From Spirogloea muscicola (taxonomy: Eukaryota): DNA of 45,001 bases. The DNA lies in assembly GCA_009602725.1 (NCBI GenBank), contig WELB01000027.1, positions 948,790 to 993,790 on the forward strand. The letters are read 5' to 3'. Shown here piece after piece: positions 24,751-38,058 of the stretch. The translations under genes were made by a program, and so were the position numbers. Numbering within the stretch: position 1 is the first letter of the stretch; the number at the start of each line of letters is the position of its first letter. The notes under the pieces were generated by a model, which did not search any database, had not been told where the DNA came from, and was given only the letters and a program-made list of their open reading frames with translations.

Positions 24751-24975
24751 CGAAAGCAAAATACGCCTTACGCTACGAGGGGCTGAGAAGATGGGTAATC
24801 TGAGATGCGCAGGAGGTGGCCACGGCGCCCGCGCCATTGGTGCCGGCGCGCTATTGGGCCGTGGAGCCGTCGGCCCGTCGGGCCGCCTTCCCGCCGCGCC
24901 CGCCCATACGAACTTCGCCTTCAACTCCGCCCCCTCCCCACTGTTCCCTCTATCCACTCTACCCCTCGCGCCGCC

Positions 24976-27900
24976 ATGCCCGCCACCGACGGCGGCGGGG
25001 TTGTATCCGCCCCTTCTCCGCAACCACCGCCCTCGCCAGACAGCTCTGCCGTCGGGCTGCTGCTGCACCTAGGCGCCCCCGCTGGACCACGCGCTCGCAG
25101 ACTTCAAGCCTACAGCAGGTGCTGTCCCACCCCCCGCAGCGCTCCGTCCACTAGCCTATCCACTATTGGCCTGGAGATCACGAGGCACGGAACAGCCCCA
25201 ATCCCTTTCACACGACTATGTAACAGCACTTGCATCGTGCCTGCCACATCATGCTTGCCTAGATCCTGGTGCGTTTTGAGGTGACTTTGGCAGCTGCAAC
25301 ACGGCAAAGTGTGCGCTTGCTCAATCACTTAGCCATGCTCCGCACTACCAGGCTGCTGGTTTGGCTGCGTGGAAACGGGGATGCTTGTGCCCCTTGTGAC
25401 GAAGGGGCCGATGAGCTCTGGCGGGCACTGAAGGTTTTACTTAGTGACATCAATCTGCGAGACGGAGACCTGTGCGTCGTGCAAACCTGACCTCTGCGTG
25501 TTCTGAGACTCCTTGACCAGCGCCAACATCAATTGGCAACTATTGATTTCCTTTTCGACTTTTTATTCCAATCATATGTTTTATTATCTGCTCATTCTGC
25601 ATAAGTAAGCAGGCTGTCCAGCTTCCCAATTACTTTCACATCCTCATATACTAAACAACAGATACATGCCATGATTCCCAGTCCTGCCGGCAGTGTTTAG
25701 AATGTGCTTGTACAACGACTTGACAATCTGTTGATGCGTCTGCAGCTCCACCGCCGCCATGAAAGCCTTGGGCCTCTTCGTCTCCTGCTCCACATATGCT
25801 CAAAAAATTTCAGGTTAACTTAATATCAGGTCCCCCTTGGCTGCAGCTCAACTGCCTCTACCTGATCGCAGGACAAGTGACGTCACGCTCCTTAGGGGTA
25901 CAACAGAATAATGCTGTACTATCTGAGGGGCCCAATTCTGCAGATGAGAAAAGTAGAGCAGCAGCAGCAGCAGCAGTGGCAGCCCAAATATAGCTACAAG
26001 TGAGCTTATGCCTTGTCATTGCTTGTGACCAGTGGAGGTTGCTCAGACTATATTGACATCAGTTGCGAACACCATCGATTCAAGCGCGGCACCAGTCAGT
26101 CATTACTCAGAAGCTTTTACTTGTGCTCTTTGAAGATATTATGAGTACGCCGCTTGTTGCTATTACTAGGAAATACAATCCTAGTACGTGGTCTTATGCC
26201 CTATCAGTCATCATTCTCAAAGCTGCACATTATCTTGGACTGTGTTGTATGCAGAGTCTCCGCTTATTGGGCCTATGGCTCATGTCCCACCAAACACTGC
26301 CAGGCGCTGCTGTCAGACCATTACTGCAGCAGCTAGTGGCAATCTGTGTGCAGATCCTTGATGACCCTCAGGAGTCTGGTGCACTCTCATTCGAGGCCAT
26401 GAAGGTGCAGCATCTTCTTCACGGCCTCATGCAAATGTCTAAAGGAACTTGCAGCTCTCTGGCTTCCTCTATGCAGGTGGTTACGCGCAAACGTAGTGGC
26501 AAGCAGCATAGCGATTGTATCTATACTGTACCACCACTACCATCCTTGCACATTGCAGGCCATAGATGCTCTGGCAGTTCAGGAGAGGGAAGACATGACA
26601 AGTATTAGCTGCCTTTGGGTGCCATCACTGGTCCGATGGCTTTTACACGACAACAAAAAGTGGAGAGAGCAAGCTGCAAAAGTACTTCGCAGGACACGCC
26701 ATCTCCTGCTTCCTGCAAGTGCTGCCCTCTCCCAGGTCTACAGACCACGAAGATCACCTCGTGCTGGGCTTGTCAACTTGTCATATTGGGCAAGAGATCA
26801 TACTCGGTGACGCATAATCAAGTGTACTCAGTGATGTCAGCATTAAAAAACTATTGACTTAAGCATGCATGAGAGTCAGCTATTCAATGGGCTGCTCGGA
26901 AGAGAGCCTGTGTATCCCATTCGATTAAGTCCAGCGCCCACCAGCTGACATGATTGCTGCTTCTGCAGGCAGTGGTGGAAGACGTAATTCGAAGGAGGTT
27001 GATTGACACCCTTGTGCACGTGGCCAGATCGGATGCAGTCATTCCAAGTCTGCACGCCTGGGCCTGGCTTGTGCAGCTGGCGGATTCCTGACAGACAGAC
27101 GTATGCTGATCAATGGTCTTCTGAAGGTACCAGAATTCTCATTCGCTGCGGCCTCAGCTGAAGTGCGCCATGCCACGTTGCAGGTAAGATGCAGGGCTGT
27201 TAATGTGCCTCCTTGCGTCAGTCACCCACCGTTCTTGGATGACCTGATAAGACATTTGCATTTTCATGGATTCAGGTCGCTTGGAAGGCCCTCATCACCA
27301 GCCTGCTCCCTGCTGAATCCATTAGCGCCCCAAATGCCACTGCTATCAGCTCAGGAACTGTAGCAACTGCTAGTGAGGCAAGATCGACTCAAGTGTCAAG
27401 CTGCAACGTTCCATCTAAGAAGCAGATTGCACTCCTCGTGATGCCGCTATTAAGCATCATGTGCTGTGAGAAGGTTGAGATCATCAGAAGCACGTGCATG
27501 CAGCTCTGGGTGCTCCTCATCCACAGGCTTAGCCGCTGGGCCAATACATCAGCACCTCTTTTCAGCACTGCTGCCCTGCCTATGCTAGACCTGGTAGGCC
27601 TCCTTGCTAACGTCCTTGACATGGGCTTGTCAGGCAGCAAAACTAGGCAGCAGCGCCCTGCAGTACCACTTTACTTGGTGTTGACTTCCTAGTCGTAATC
27701 TTAGGTAGCTGCACCTGCATGCACTGCCCAGTAGTGATTGCATGCCAAATGGACAATGCAACAGCCATGACAGCTGCAGGTAGCTTAGAAGACACAGCTG
27801 TGTCAAATTGCTCAATGTTCGTCGTGTACCTGCCAGATATTTGAGAAGGGCCCGCGAGTGGTAGGCAGCAGCCCATGGGCATTCTCGTGCATTCTCTTTT

Positions 27901-30900
27901 GGCACTCTCTGACGCATTTGTCAGAAGCTGGTGGGTGCTAGAAGTGACGACCCTTTGCTGTTTTGTTGGACTTACATCGGACTTTCACTTGTGCAACACA
28001 TCATGTAAAGTTGTTTGCAAAGTCCATTGCTTTCCATGCAAATAACTGTTGCAGATAGTTGCTTACATGATTCCTTCTTGTGATCGAGCAGGCAGTACAG
28101 CGTATGACCCTTGCAGGATCTGGTGGCAAACCTTGGGCAAGAGTAGGCCAGTCACAACCATTCCTTTGCAGCCATGGCCCTTCAAGTGGAAGCCCTGGAC
28201 CTTACTTGACTTGGATGCAACTCTCAACCTCCTGAGTAAGCTCATGCTACATGGATTGCTCATCAGTAGATTGCACAGCAACACAGCAAGCACGTTCAAG
28301 TCAACCATTACCATGGAATCAGAGAGGTCATCAAGCACCTTTTGCCATGGTGACCTTCCTCCCTGCTGTTTGTCCATAGTACTGCTTTGGACAAAGGTTG
28401 TAAATTGTGTGGAGGGCTTACATGGTGGAGCGGTCCAACCTTCAACAGAGCACGTGGCAGCCGTGCATACTCTAATAAGGTACAGTGTGCTTCCAAATCC
28501 TAATGAGCAAGCGGCTGACTTACAGAGATTGTGCAATAAGGTGGTCGGTGCTGGTCTTCTTTTGGTGACCTGTTTACTTACACATGTCAAAGGTGCGCAT
28601 CTCTTCTTTCTTGATGAGGTGCAGGTTCACCGAAAGGCAAATAGTCATTATTGAAAAGAACATGCAAGAGGTAGCTACTAGCCCTGTTCTGGAAGCAGAT
28701 GGTGGAGGCATAGAGAAAAGTATTGACTTGGCCTGGCAACTGGCTAGAGTCCTATTAGAAAGTGTGCAGCCGCTCACTTCGGCCTCCAGTCTCTACAATA
28801 TCAAAACAGCAAGTAAAATCGACTACAACGGTGATGTACCGCTGGATATATCAAATTCAGCAACTATATTGGAGAGAGCCCCAAGTCCGGCGAGCAATAT
28901 GCAAGATATCTTGCAGTGTTGCCACATAGCGGAAGTTGATCTTGCACCCACTGCATACATCTGCACATTGTGGTCGAGACTTTCATTCAGCACGAGCGTG
29001 AGACACGTGGACAGGCATTTGAAGAAGCTCGAGGAGCTCCTCGCTGTGTGCACTTTACGGCTTCATGATGCTCTTCACATCCTTGGTGCCTACAGCAGAC
29101 AGCAGGGCGGAAGATTTGATTGCTGTCGCCATCTTCTTGCTGACAGAAGCTGCGCCTCTGGTGCAAGTGGCACGCAGCTGCATTGCACTGAGGCCTGCCG
29201 CTTGCGGCAGAGCCTCCTTCTGGGAATATGGGAGGTCCTGGCCGAGCACCTGTGCACGGGAATAGAACAGGAGAATGACCGAGCAATGTGCAGTGGTCGG
29301 CCTAGACTTACTTGGCAGGCCTTGACGGACTTTCTACTTTACCCCATGTTGATGTGCCGGGGTGATGGTGCGAGGTTCTGCTCAAGCCTAGAGCTCCCAG
29401 ACCAGATCTTAGCAGTCAGCTTATCCTGGAACAAACTCTTCATCATTGTCAATCAGGTGGCACTTACAATCGGCTCTCACCCCAATGCTTTCGTCGGGTT
29501 CCTATCTTACAGATTATCTGAGCTCAACTTTGTGGGATGCCCGTCAGACAAGTCACCCAGCCCTTCATCCAAATGCAGAAATCGTTGCACACATTGCAGC
29601 AGAAATAGACCTGTGTATCAGTCCAACACAACAACATCTGAAACGGAGTAGAAAGCGGCGCCTAATGACTGGTAGCCTTTCGGGGCAAGCTTCTGGCCCA
29701 CTTTTGATCAGACACTGCAGCAAGGAAATAGGAGATGACTTGAAGGACTTCAACTACATCTCAGGCCACCTACATATTGCTGGAAGGTAAGGACGTTGTC
29801 TGTCCACACTGGCAGGCACTCCTGAACGAAGCCCAGTTCCTGAGTTAAGCTGCCATTGTAGACCCATTAGTCTGCGCCAATCAAACTCACTACTCTGACT
29901 AGTTCCTCGTCATTGGGTTGCTCCTGCAATGCTCTATGCTGCTAAACCCTGTCTCAACATCATTCCTCTTGCCGTGCTGAGAGTTTTCACTGGGGCGATC
30001 ACTCACTGGTGTTGTGATGTGCAGACTTTTAGGTTCTCTCTGCCACCTGTGCAGAACCAGCACGACAGATGTGCAAGTTCAGCTCATGCATATTGTAACA
30101 AGGTGCAGTTTGAGAAAGAATGTTCGCCTTCTGCTGAGCTGCTTGGCGCACTTTGACTAAGTAGGAAGCTTTGATGATCTGGATGCTGGCTGTTGGTTTG
30201 AGGCTAACACTTGCCTGTGTAAATTCTCACTACAGAGTCATGGCCCCCTTGGCCCCCCTTGGCAATCGCATCATAACACAGAATGATGCATTGATGTACC
30301 TCAAGGTAACTGTCCTGTCAGCACAGCCTTGCTTTGTTACCTCAAGGGGTAGTGGGGCGTTCTAGTACTTGAGAATGTGTACACGTCAACACTTGTACGT
30401 AGACAGTGCAGCATGCCTAAGGAAACATGTGTTGCATGACAACCACATGCAATCACTGTCTTTCTTGCAGATTACTGGGAGCTCAATCACAAGATGGCTT
30501 TCCTCTGACATCCAAGCTATGAGACTGGGTTGCAATCGAGCCCTGCTGCTGCTAGATGTATTGCTGAGTGCACTTTATTCCTGCCTTCAACGATGCAAAC
30601 CTCAACTGGCGTATGACTTCTTGCTTCTACAAGCACTAGCACCTCTGCTCACAGCTGCTATACTACACAACGACAAAAGAATTTCCAATCACAGGTAGCG
30701 TCTCTGAGATACTTGCCCTGAATGATGATCTCTCGATGATGATCTTATAAGCCAAACACATGATTTTCCAAGACACCAACATCAAGTGTTATATCTCTGG
30801 TCGCAGCCTTGCTTTCTGGAACGATACATTTGGAGCTCGAGCAAGCAACAGCAGGCTCCAAAATGCAGTCCGCGAATTTCCAGGGGGTAGCAAGCAAGGG

Positions 30901-31760
30901 GTGACTTCAGTGAGGTGCACGTATGCATCTGCTGTGCACTGCAACCGAAGTTCCCTGCACACCCTATCACCTGAACTGAGGCTATAGGAAGGGATGGGCT
31001 ACACCTGGTTGCCGGATTGGGATCAGCCTACCCATATCCCATGCACCTCTGAGAGGAGCAAAATATGAGGCTCCAACAACCAGCGATTTCCACAGTCCTT
31101 GCATCAAAAGCCGAAAGTATGTGCCACAGCAAAGCCAGTGGTACAATCTTGTGTCGAGGAAGTGGCCTTGAGCAGGTCTTGGCGTATTGAAATCACTTCG
31201 ACACGAAGGCAGACTTTGCGCGTGCTAGGGCAACACGAGCAACATCAGCCATGGAAGGAAGACAATCTCAAGGTCAAGTGCCTTCCTCGGATCACTTGCA
31301 AGCCCAGTCAGGTACAAGACTCCACATTCAAGAATGGCATCGTGCAGGGTTCAGCTACTTACCAACATACTTTGCTTTTATATATATACTTATTGATGCT
31401 TTGACCATTGATGACCATGTCGCTTTTATAAGTGCTGGTCAATGAAGTTTCCTCTAGTTTCCTCTAGAAGGGGGTGCCAAGCGGCCCCAGGCTGATCGCT
31501 GCCTCTTACACTGAAACTGCTGGTCTTGCATGCAGGAGGTGTGCAAGTCGTACTAAGTCTATGGATCAACTTCTGAAGTGGAGCACGCGCCAAAGCTGCA
31601 AGTCATGCAGGACGCTTTCCTTGGCAATTGGAGCCGCTGTGCCCTGAAGGCTGGAATTAGACTTGACGACGTCTGGCCTCACAAACTGCAGCACTGCAGC
31701 AGCACTGCAGCAGCAACTTTACATTGTGCAACAATCCAGCACAAGAAAGGTGAGGACTGA
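24976..31760 (+). pseudogene. RIF1: RIF1 copy B, probable pseudogene (3' end approximate)
   Basis: Collinear with copy A but carries a 4-nt deletion at ~27077, a net 8-nt deletion at ~29570 that splits the long exon, and CAA>TAA at 30158-30160. Confidence 0.75.
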
Positions 31761-33186
31761 CGAGCCGTATCCCATTCCAAGGACGTGCAGACGGAACTGC
31801 AGATGATGACCACGTGGTTGTGCATAAACGCAGGGGCTCTTCTTCAACCCCGTCTTGTATCCTGAAATGTCTATCCTTCTAGGTACAGATGCTGCAGCAT
31901 GTCTTTGCAAGTCACTAGGCAGGGTCATGGCAGTCACATACTGCCTTTGAAGCCTGACCTGCCTTGCCCAGCTAGCAAGACCAGAACCTCATGGAGGCTG
32001 TGCATGCACAAGAAAATAATAGGTCAAAGACGAGGTTGCTCTGTTGCGAAAGCTGTAGCCTGTAGTCTTCCTCTGCCCTAGGAAATACCAGCACCAATCG
32101 CACATTGGCCAAAGAAAGCAACAGGTGCAAGGGGCTTATGAAAATGGTTATGTTGGGCGGAGCATCCTTAAGGTGATCAGTCTTCGAGAAAACTGCTTCT
32201 CAAATCAACAGCGATAGGCTAAAGCTGCTGCTACTGAAGGTTCAACGTCATGCCCACGAATGCCTTTGCTCAACTGTCAGATGTGCTTTTCTTGGATTCC
32301 CGATCGTGCGAGATGTTACTGCCAGTACCACCAGGTTTGGCCTTAAAGCTAAGGGCAGTCATTGACTGAGCAGGAGACTTTGACAAGCAAAGGATGACAT
32401 GACAGACTAAAGACCATCTGCTCAGTCACCGCTATGTTGGCTGTGCTGTGTCATCGAAAACAGGTCGAACATGCTTGCAAGCCATAGATGCAACTATGAC
32501 AGCTTTTGTGCTGGTCAAGTTAGTTGATGTGCACCCCTAACAACCAAGCTTGCTTGCACAATCGAGCTAGCCTCTACTACAATGATATTGCAATCGACTC
32601 TTCCGCTTGCTCTGTCTTGCAACAACCTTGTGTGTTCCTGATTGAGATTGCTGCTCTTGCAGGTCTCTGCTGGACTTCGACACCTGCTCAGAACCCTAGT
32701 TTCTCAAACCTGCAACCTGCGACCTGTGCCACCTTGTACATTTTTGTAACTTCTTCAATGCAGGCAAATTACAGATACAATTGTCGTCCTCGAAGCAACT
32801 GCCGAAGCAACTGCTACGCATCCTGTATCGCAAGATAGATAATATAATAGACAATAATATAACATGCAATCCTCTGTGGACAATGGAACACCTATAGTGC
32901 ATGTAACACACAACAGCTTGTGGACACACCTGTGAAATGCCACAGTCGCCTCGTCAAATAGGAGAGGTTTGTGTCCAAGGGCTAATGCTGTGCCCTCAGC
33001 AGACTGCAGAGCGCTCTCTGCTCGGCGCCCTGTGACTAGAAGCCCATGCTCCAGTCCAACACACGGAGCTTTTCCGACGGTCTATCGAGCTTAGCACACG
33101 AGCAGCCCCGCAGGAGCTTCTCCTATGATCTACTGACAGTTGCGAGCATAGCTGTCTCATCTGCACCCGGATTGCTCTCCAGCAAG

Positions 33187-33738
33187 CTAACCCACAACAG
33201 GTGTCTGAGCCGTCCGGATGATCTGCACCAGAGCTGATAAGAAACAGTACAGACGTCTACTGGTCAGGCCCAGGCCCAATGCCAACAGGTGACAACCATG
33301 AACTGGAGTAGAAGGACAGCGATAAGTAATGCCTCGATTACCAGCAAGGGCAGCCGGGGCCCGCAGTAAGGGAGGGAAATAGAACGGGGTGCCGTGTGGG
33401 AGAGGCGGTGAGGGCAGGGCGTACCAGAGCCGACGACGACGAAGACGAAGAGGCCAATGACCCAGGGCGCCACCGGGTACTTGGTCTCCTTCTTCTGTAT
33501 GGTCTCCGGCACAGCGCCCCGCCGGAACACGTTCTTGTGGAACTTGGCGGTCTTGCGGTCCGCGAGGCGCTTCGAGGTCGTCTGCAACGGCGCAGCACGC
33601 GCGGCAGGCGGGGTCAGGCGCTGGCTGCGGGGAGCGCCGCGGGGGGGCCAGCGGAGTTGGGCGAGGCCGCGGGGGGCAGGGGGGGGAGCGCTAGCAGCGC
33701 GAGGAGCGCGGAGGTAAGCGGGGGAGCGCGCTCACCAT
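33187..33738 (-). CDS. RAMP4: RAMP4/SERP1 copy B, complete (exons 33738-33736, 33581-33425, 33233-33187)
   Basis: MTTSKRLADRKTAKFHKNVFRRGAVPETIQKKETKYPVAPWVIGLFVFVVVGSALVQIIRTAQTPVVG*. ATG-only first exon, GT-AG introns. Confidence 0.93.
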
Positions 33739-34509
33739 GGCGGCGGCGGCGGCGGCGGCGGTGGCGGCTGCGGCTGCGGCGGCGAGAGGGGGGGGGGGGG
33801 GGGGGGGGNCTGGGAGGGGGGGGGGTTGATGCGGAGAGGATCTGGCGCGGTGGGGGGCAGGGGCGGCGAGCAGGGATGCGGTGGGCTGTGATGAGGGAAG
33901 CCGTGGGGGGTGTTCAGTGCTCCAACTTGTTTCCAACTTGGCGCCAGGCGAGCCCCCCCGGGCCTGCATGCCAGCCGGGGGCACCGGTGTGCACGAGGTT
34001 GAGCGGGAGGCCACATCGCATCTCCCGGCGCCCCTCCGCAGGCGCCGCCCCCCCTGGCGGCCGCCCCTGGGCCTCGGCCGGCGCCTGACCTGGCCGGCTA
34101 GCGGCATCGCAGGCACGCGCGGCTTCGCGGAACGACTTTGCCAGCCCAGCGCGATGGCTATGATTGGCCAGCCCGGATTCAGAAATCAACACTGTTCCAA
34201 GGGGCCAGAGAAGCGCTAAGCGGCTTCCGCCCGTGCCTGTGCCTGCCTTCCGCACCTGCCTTCTTCTCTTCCTTCTTCTTCCGCACTCGGGCTCGCATTT
34301 CCACTCCTCGTCCCCAGTTCCTCTCTAGGGCCGACGCGTTTCTTCCCTCCAGTTAGTCTGGATTTGCAGTTGCTGACCAGAGGTCATTGAGCGCCTCTTG
34401 CGTCACGTCTTTGACGGCAGTATCCTGCCATCTCACGCCATCTGGCCCATCTCAGACCTCTAGATCCTAATGGGCTGCCTCTCCCACCCACTGCGGTAAT
34501 TGGAAGAGC

Positions 34510-35190
34510 TGTTTGCCCTCTGCAGCCTCTGGCCATGGAGAGGCTCCCGCTACTCGGAAACTACTTTCTCTGAGCTGCGGCTGCTCAACCGGGGATACCG
34601 AGCACCCAGTGCCCACTTGATCCAATCAAGTCGCTCACCGCTGTGTGATTCAACGCGGCAGGCTCTCTCGCCCAGTTGTGTCGCATGCGCCTGTCAGTAC
34701 TGCTGCAGCGTTTAATGGCATGCGCGTTTGCATTGGCGTGCCCGTCGCGCGTTGGCTGCAGCCTCTCGCTGTAGCCAGGGGACCCGCTCCTCAGAGACTA
34801 CTTGCTCCGACCTGCGGCTGCTCAACAGGGGATATGAGCACCCTGTGGCCAATCATTTGCTGTGTGCTTCAATCCTTTTCTGGCCTTTCCGAATTTGGTA
34901 CATTCAATCCTCTGGGCTGGCCACTTACAGCTATCGCCCTCTACTGGAAGAGTATTAGTCTGGGTGTGCTTTGGCGCTTTCTGGCCCCTCGAACTTTGAT
35001 AATTCTTTCTCTGGGCTGGCCAATCACAGCCATCGCCCTCTACTGGAGGAGTGCTTCTCTTTTAGGAGCTTGGTTTCACGTTCACTTGGTCCCCTCGTCC
35101 TCTGGCCCGCCCTCTCCGGCCGCTTTGGAGTTCACATTCTTCTGAGCTGGTAGAGTCTATTGCAGCCGTCGCCCTCTACTGGAAGAGTCT
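34510..35190 (+). mobile_element. Arm-B counterpart of the old CRE-like fragment stack
   Basis: HWRARRALAAASRCSQGTRSSETTCSDLRLLNRGY plus repeated ctgggctggccaatcacagccatcgccctctactgg units. Confidence 0.65.
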
Positions 35191-36278
35191 AACATCCCTT
35201 CGTCCCATCCTTCATTTCATGGCTCCTGGCCCCTCCAGCGATTAAGCGAATGTACGAGAAAAGAGAGAGCGCGGCTGCTGATGTCAAGGGGCGGCTCTAA
35301 AAGTGAGCTGAGTGCAGAGGGAAACAGGAAAAGGTTGTGCAATGTAAGAAGATGGCTATGAGAGGCCAGCCCATAATTCGCAGGGCACAATGATATATAT
35401 GTGTATGCTTGTTCGATGTTTGTGCAAGCTATCCCGCTTCTTACATTCACCCTTGGTTCACGTCGCATTGCCTGCCACGTGGGCTGCAATCTGTCCCCTA
35501 CTTCCATCCAAATTGACATTCAACACCGCATGGCAGCCTACACCCCAAAGGCATGAGAGCACAGTAATTTTGCTCGCATGTCGGACTTCCTGACCCCCGC
35601 AAAGGTCCCTTGCTTCCATCACCGCCCTTTCTAGTCTGTACCAGCCGTCACCCATGGCTTGTGAATTGTCTTGCTCATCCGCCCTTGGCACCTAGTGGCG
35701 ACCCAAGCTTCCTGAGCACTGTCGACACTGCAATAGCAGTACAACTCCTTACCCTCTAATATGACAAGCCTCTCCATTTCTTGCGGTGCAGGCCATATCT
35801 CCATAGTGCCGCCTGCTCACCTAACATATTAACTTCAGGGCTTCTTGAGGCGCAGCTCACCAGTTCCATCTGCCCTCCACTCTTTATTACCATCCTTACT
35901 GACAATGCTTGCTACATTTGCTCATCAGCCCACTCCGGCCTTTCCAGTGCTTTTAGATGACAGCCTAGCCCTCTCCTCCCACGTTTTCCCCCATGGTTGC
36001 ACCATGTGACTCGCAATTACATCGTTTCTCATGTACTACTTCCTCTTGCTCCGGGCCCCATCTCTACTCTCCAATCCCACCGACGCCTTGACCTTGCCCA
36101 CCTCGCCCATGCCGTTTACCGACCTATGCCTTCTCACTTCTCTCCACCTTGAGTGTCTGTTGCATGTCCTTGTGCGCCTCCCTATCTGTCAAGGTCAATG
36201 TGCAGCGAATAAGCAGCCAGCTCAGGCAAGACCAGCACAGACTACCCATGTAAACTCCCCCCCCCCTCCCCCCCCCCC

Positions 36279-37152
36279 NNNNNNNNNNNNNNNNNNNNNN
36301 NNNNNNNNNNNNNNNNNNNNNNNNNNNNNNNNNNNNNNNNNNNNNNNNNNNNNNNNNNNNNNNNNNNNNNNNNNNNNNNNNNNNNNNNNNNNNNNNNNNN
36401 NNNNNNNNNNNNNNNNNNNNNNNNNNNNNNNNNNNNNNNNNNNNNNNNNNNNNNNNNNNNNNNNNNNNNNNNNNNNNNNNNNNNNNNNNNNNNNNNNNNN
36501 NNNNNNNNNNNNNNNNNNNNNNNNNNNNNNNNNNNNNNNNNNNNNNNNNNNNNNNNNNNNNNNNNNNNNNNNNNNNNNNNNNNNNNNNNNNNNNNNNNNN
36601 NNNNNNNNNNNNNNNNNNNNNNNNNNNNNNNNNNNNNNNNNNNNNNNNNNNNNNNNNNNNNNNNNNNNNNNNNNNNNNNNNNNNNNNNNNNNNNNNNNNN
36701 NNNNNNNNNNNNNNNNNNNNNNNNNNNNNNNNNNNNNNNNNNNNNNNNNNNNNNNNNNNNNNNNNNNNNNNNNNNNNNNNNNNNNNNNNNNNNNNNNNNN
36801 NNNNNNNNNNNNNNNNNNNNNNNNNNNNNNNNNNNNNNNNNNNNNNNNNNNNNNNNNNNNNNNNNNNNNNNNNNNNNNNNNNNNNNNNNNNNNNNNNNNN
36901 NNNNNNNNNNNNNNNNNNNNNNNNNNNNNNNNNNNNNNNNNNNNNNNNNNNNNNNNNNNNNNNNNNNNNNNNNNNNNNNNNNNNNNNNNNNNNNNNNNNN
37001 NNNNNNNNNNNNNNNNNNNNNNNNNNNNNNNNNNNNNNNNNNNNNNNNNNNNNNNNNNNNNNNNNNNNNNNNNNNNNNNNNNNNNNNNNNNNNNNNNNNN
37101 NNNNNNNNNNNNNNNNNNNNNNNNNNNNNNNNNNNNNNNNNNNNNNNNNNNN
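36279..37152. other. Assembly gap (N run)
   Basis: Run of N preceded by a poly-C tract. Confidence 0.99.
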
Positions 37153-37244
37153 CGTTCATGGTCGGCGGGCGACGGCGAGCGCGGTTCTCAGGAGTGGGAG
37201 GGCAGCGGCGGGCGGCGGAGGTCGGGAGGAGGCGGCCGTCTCAC

Positions 37245-37349
37245 CCGGATGTACGCCTGCTCCTCGGCGGGGCCCGGCCAGGTGCGCGCGGTGCGCAGGA
37301 GGCGGCGGAGGAGGGCCAGCGCGCGGGCGCGGGTGGCGGGCGTGGCCAT
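37245..37349 (-). CDS. First exon of an LYR-motif protein (LYRM1-like); the rest lies in the gap
   Basis: MATPATRARALALLRRLLRTARTWPGPAEEQAYIR followed by a GTGAG donor. Resembles the LYRM1 N-terminus (T.ATR..L.LYR...R.AR.W….E..YI). Confidence 0.65.
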
Positions 37350-37403
37350 GGCGGGCCGCGGGGCAGGCGCGCATGGTGCTCGGCAGCACTCCTCTGCCCC
37401 GGC

Positions 37404-37802
37404 CGTGGGACCCACTTCCAGGACCCTAGCCTCTCTGATTTGCGGCTGCTTAGCAGGGGTTACTGAGTAATTTGTAGCTGCTTTCTTTCTTTGTGTGCTT
37501 TGGTTTCTTAGCGCTTCCTCTGGCTTCCTCTGGCCCCCTTCTCGTTCTTTGTTCATTCTTTTTTGGGCTGGCTTGTCCAGCCCCTATCCTGGCCAGGGGA
37601 CCCACTTCCAGGAGCCCAGCATCTCTGATCTGCGGCTGCTTAGCAGGGGTTACTGAGTGTCTCGTAGCAGCTTTGTTTCTGTTACTTAGCGCTTCCCCTG
37701 GCCCCCTTCTCGTACTCTGTTCATTCTTTTTCGGGCTGGTTGTTCCAGCCCCTATTCTCAATGGGCGAGCACTTTCTTCTTATCCTCAATGGGCGAGCCC
37801 TT
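37404..37802 (+). mobile_element. Family-1 retrotransposon 3' end containing a second nested family-1 copy
   Basis: GTHFQDPSLSDLRLLSRGY* plus UTR occurs twice. Outer flanks are tctgccccggc (37393-37403, 37803-37813); inner flanks are tatcct (37585-37590, 37781-37786). Confidence 0.8.
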
Positions 37803-37901
37803 TCTGCCCCGGCTCCAGCCCTGGCTGGTGGTGGCACGAGAGCTTGTCAACGGCAATGGCCGTCCGGTGCTCGGTCATCAGTTGGCGCTTCCGTGCCAGC
37901 G

Positions 37902-38058
37902 CTTCTCCTTCAGCTCATCTGACTTGCTACTGCTGACACGGGGGTATTGAGGGCGCCCTGTCTGCCTAGCCTACGGCTCCGTCATGAACACCTGTATGCA
38001 TCTGGCTGGCATTTCACAGCCGATTCTTTCATATCAGCAGCCGCTTTCTTTTCTTTTC
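37902..38058 (+). mobile_element. Family-2 retrotransposon 3' end ~110 bp upstream of the GCP6 ATG
   Basis: …SSSDLLLLTRGY* followed by the family-2 UTR and a ttcttttcttttc tail. Confidence 0.8.

Larger units (their letters stand above)
19241..36278 (-). repeat. Arm B of the inverted duplication, bounded by a single N (19240) and a poly-C run plus N gap
   Basis: Reverse-complement collinearity with 1-16433, with many substitutions and indels except in 19241-20533. Confidence 0.95.

Noticed and set aside
33785..33826. Poly-G/C tracts (also 1-10, 3031-3039, 36256-36278) as functional G-quadruplexes
   Set aside because: Most coincide with Ns or sequence ends, so their length and content are unreliable.
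36031..37470. Long ORFs of 479 aa and 305 aa in the track
   Set aside because: Artefacts of translating the N gap.
37965..38046. Family-2 UTR as a snoRNA or spliced-leader RNA gene
   Set aside because: It directly follows the retro-ORF stop in longer copies, is variably 5'-truncated, and shows no convincing C/D, H/ACA or Sm motifs.
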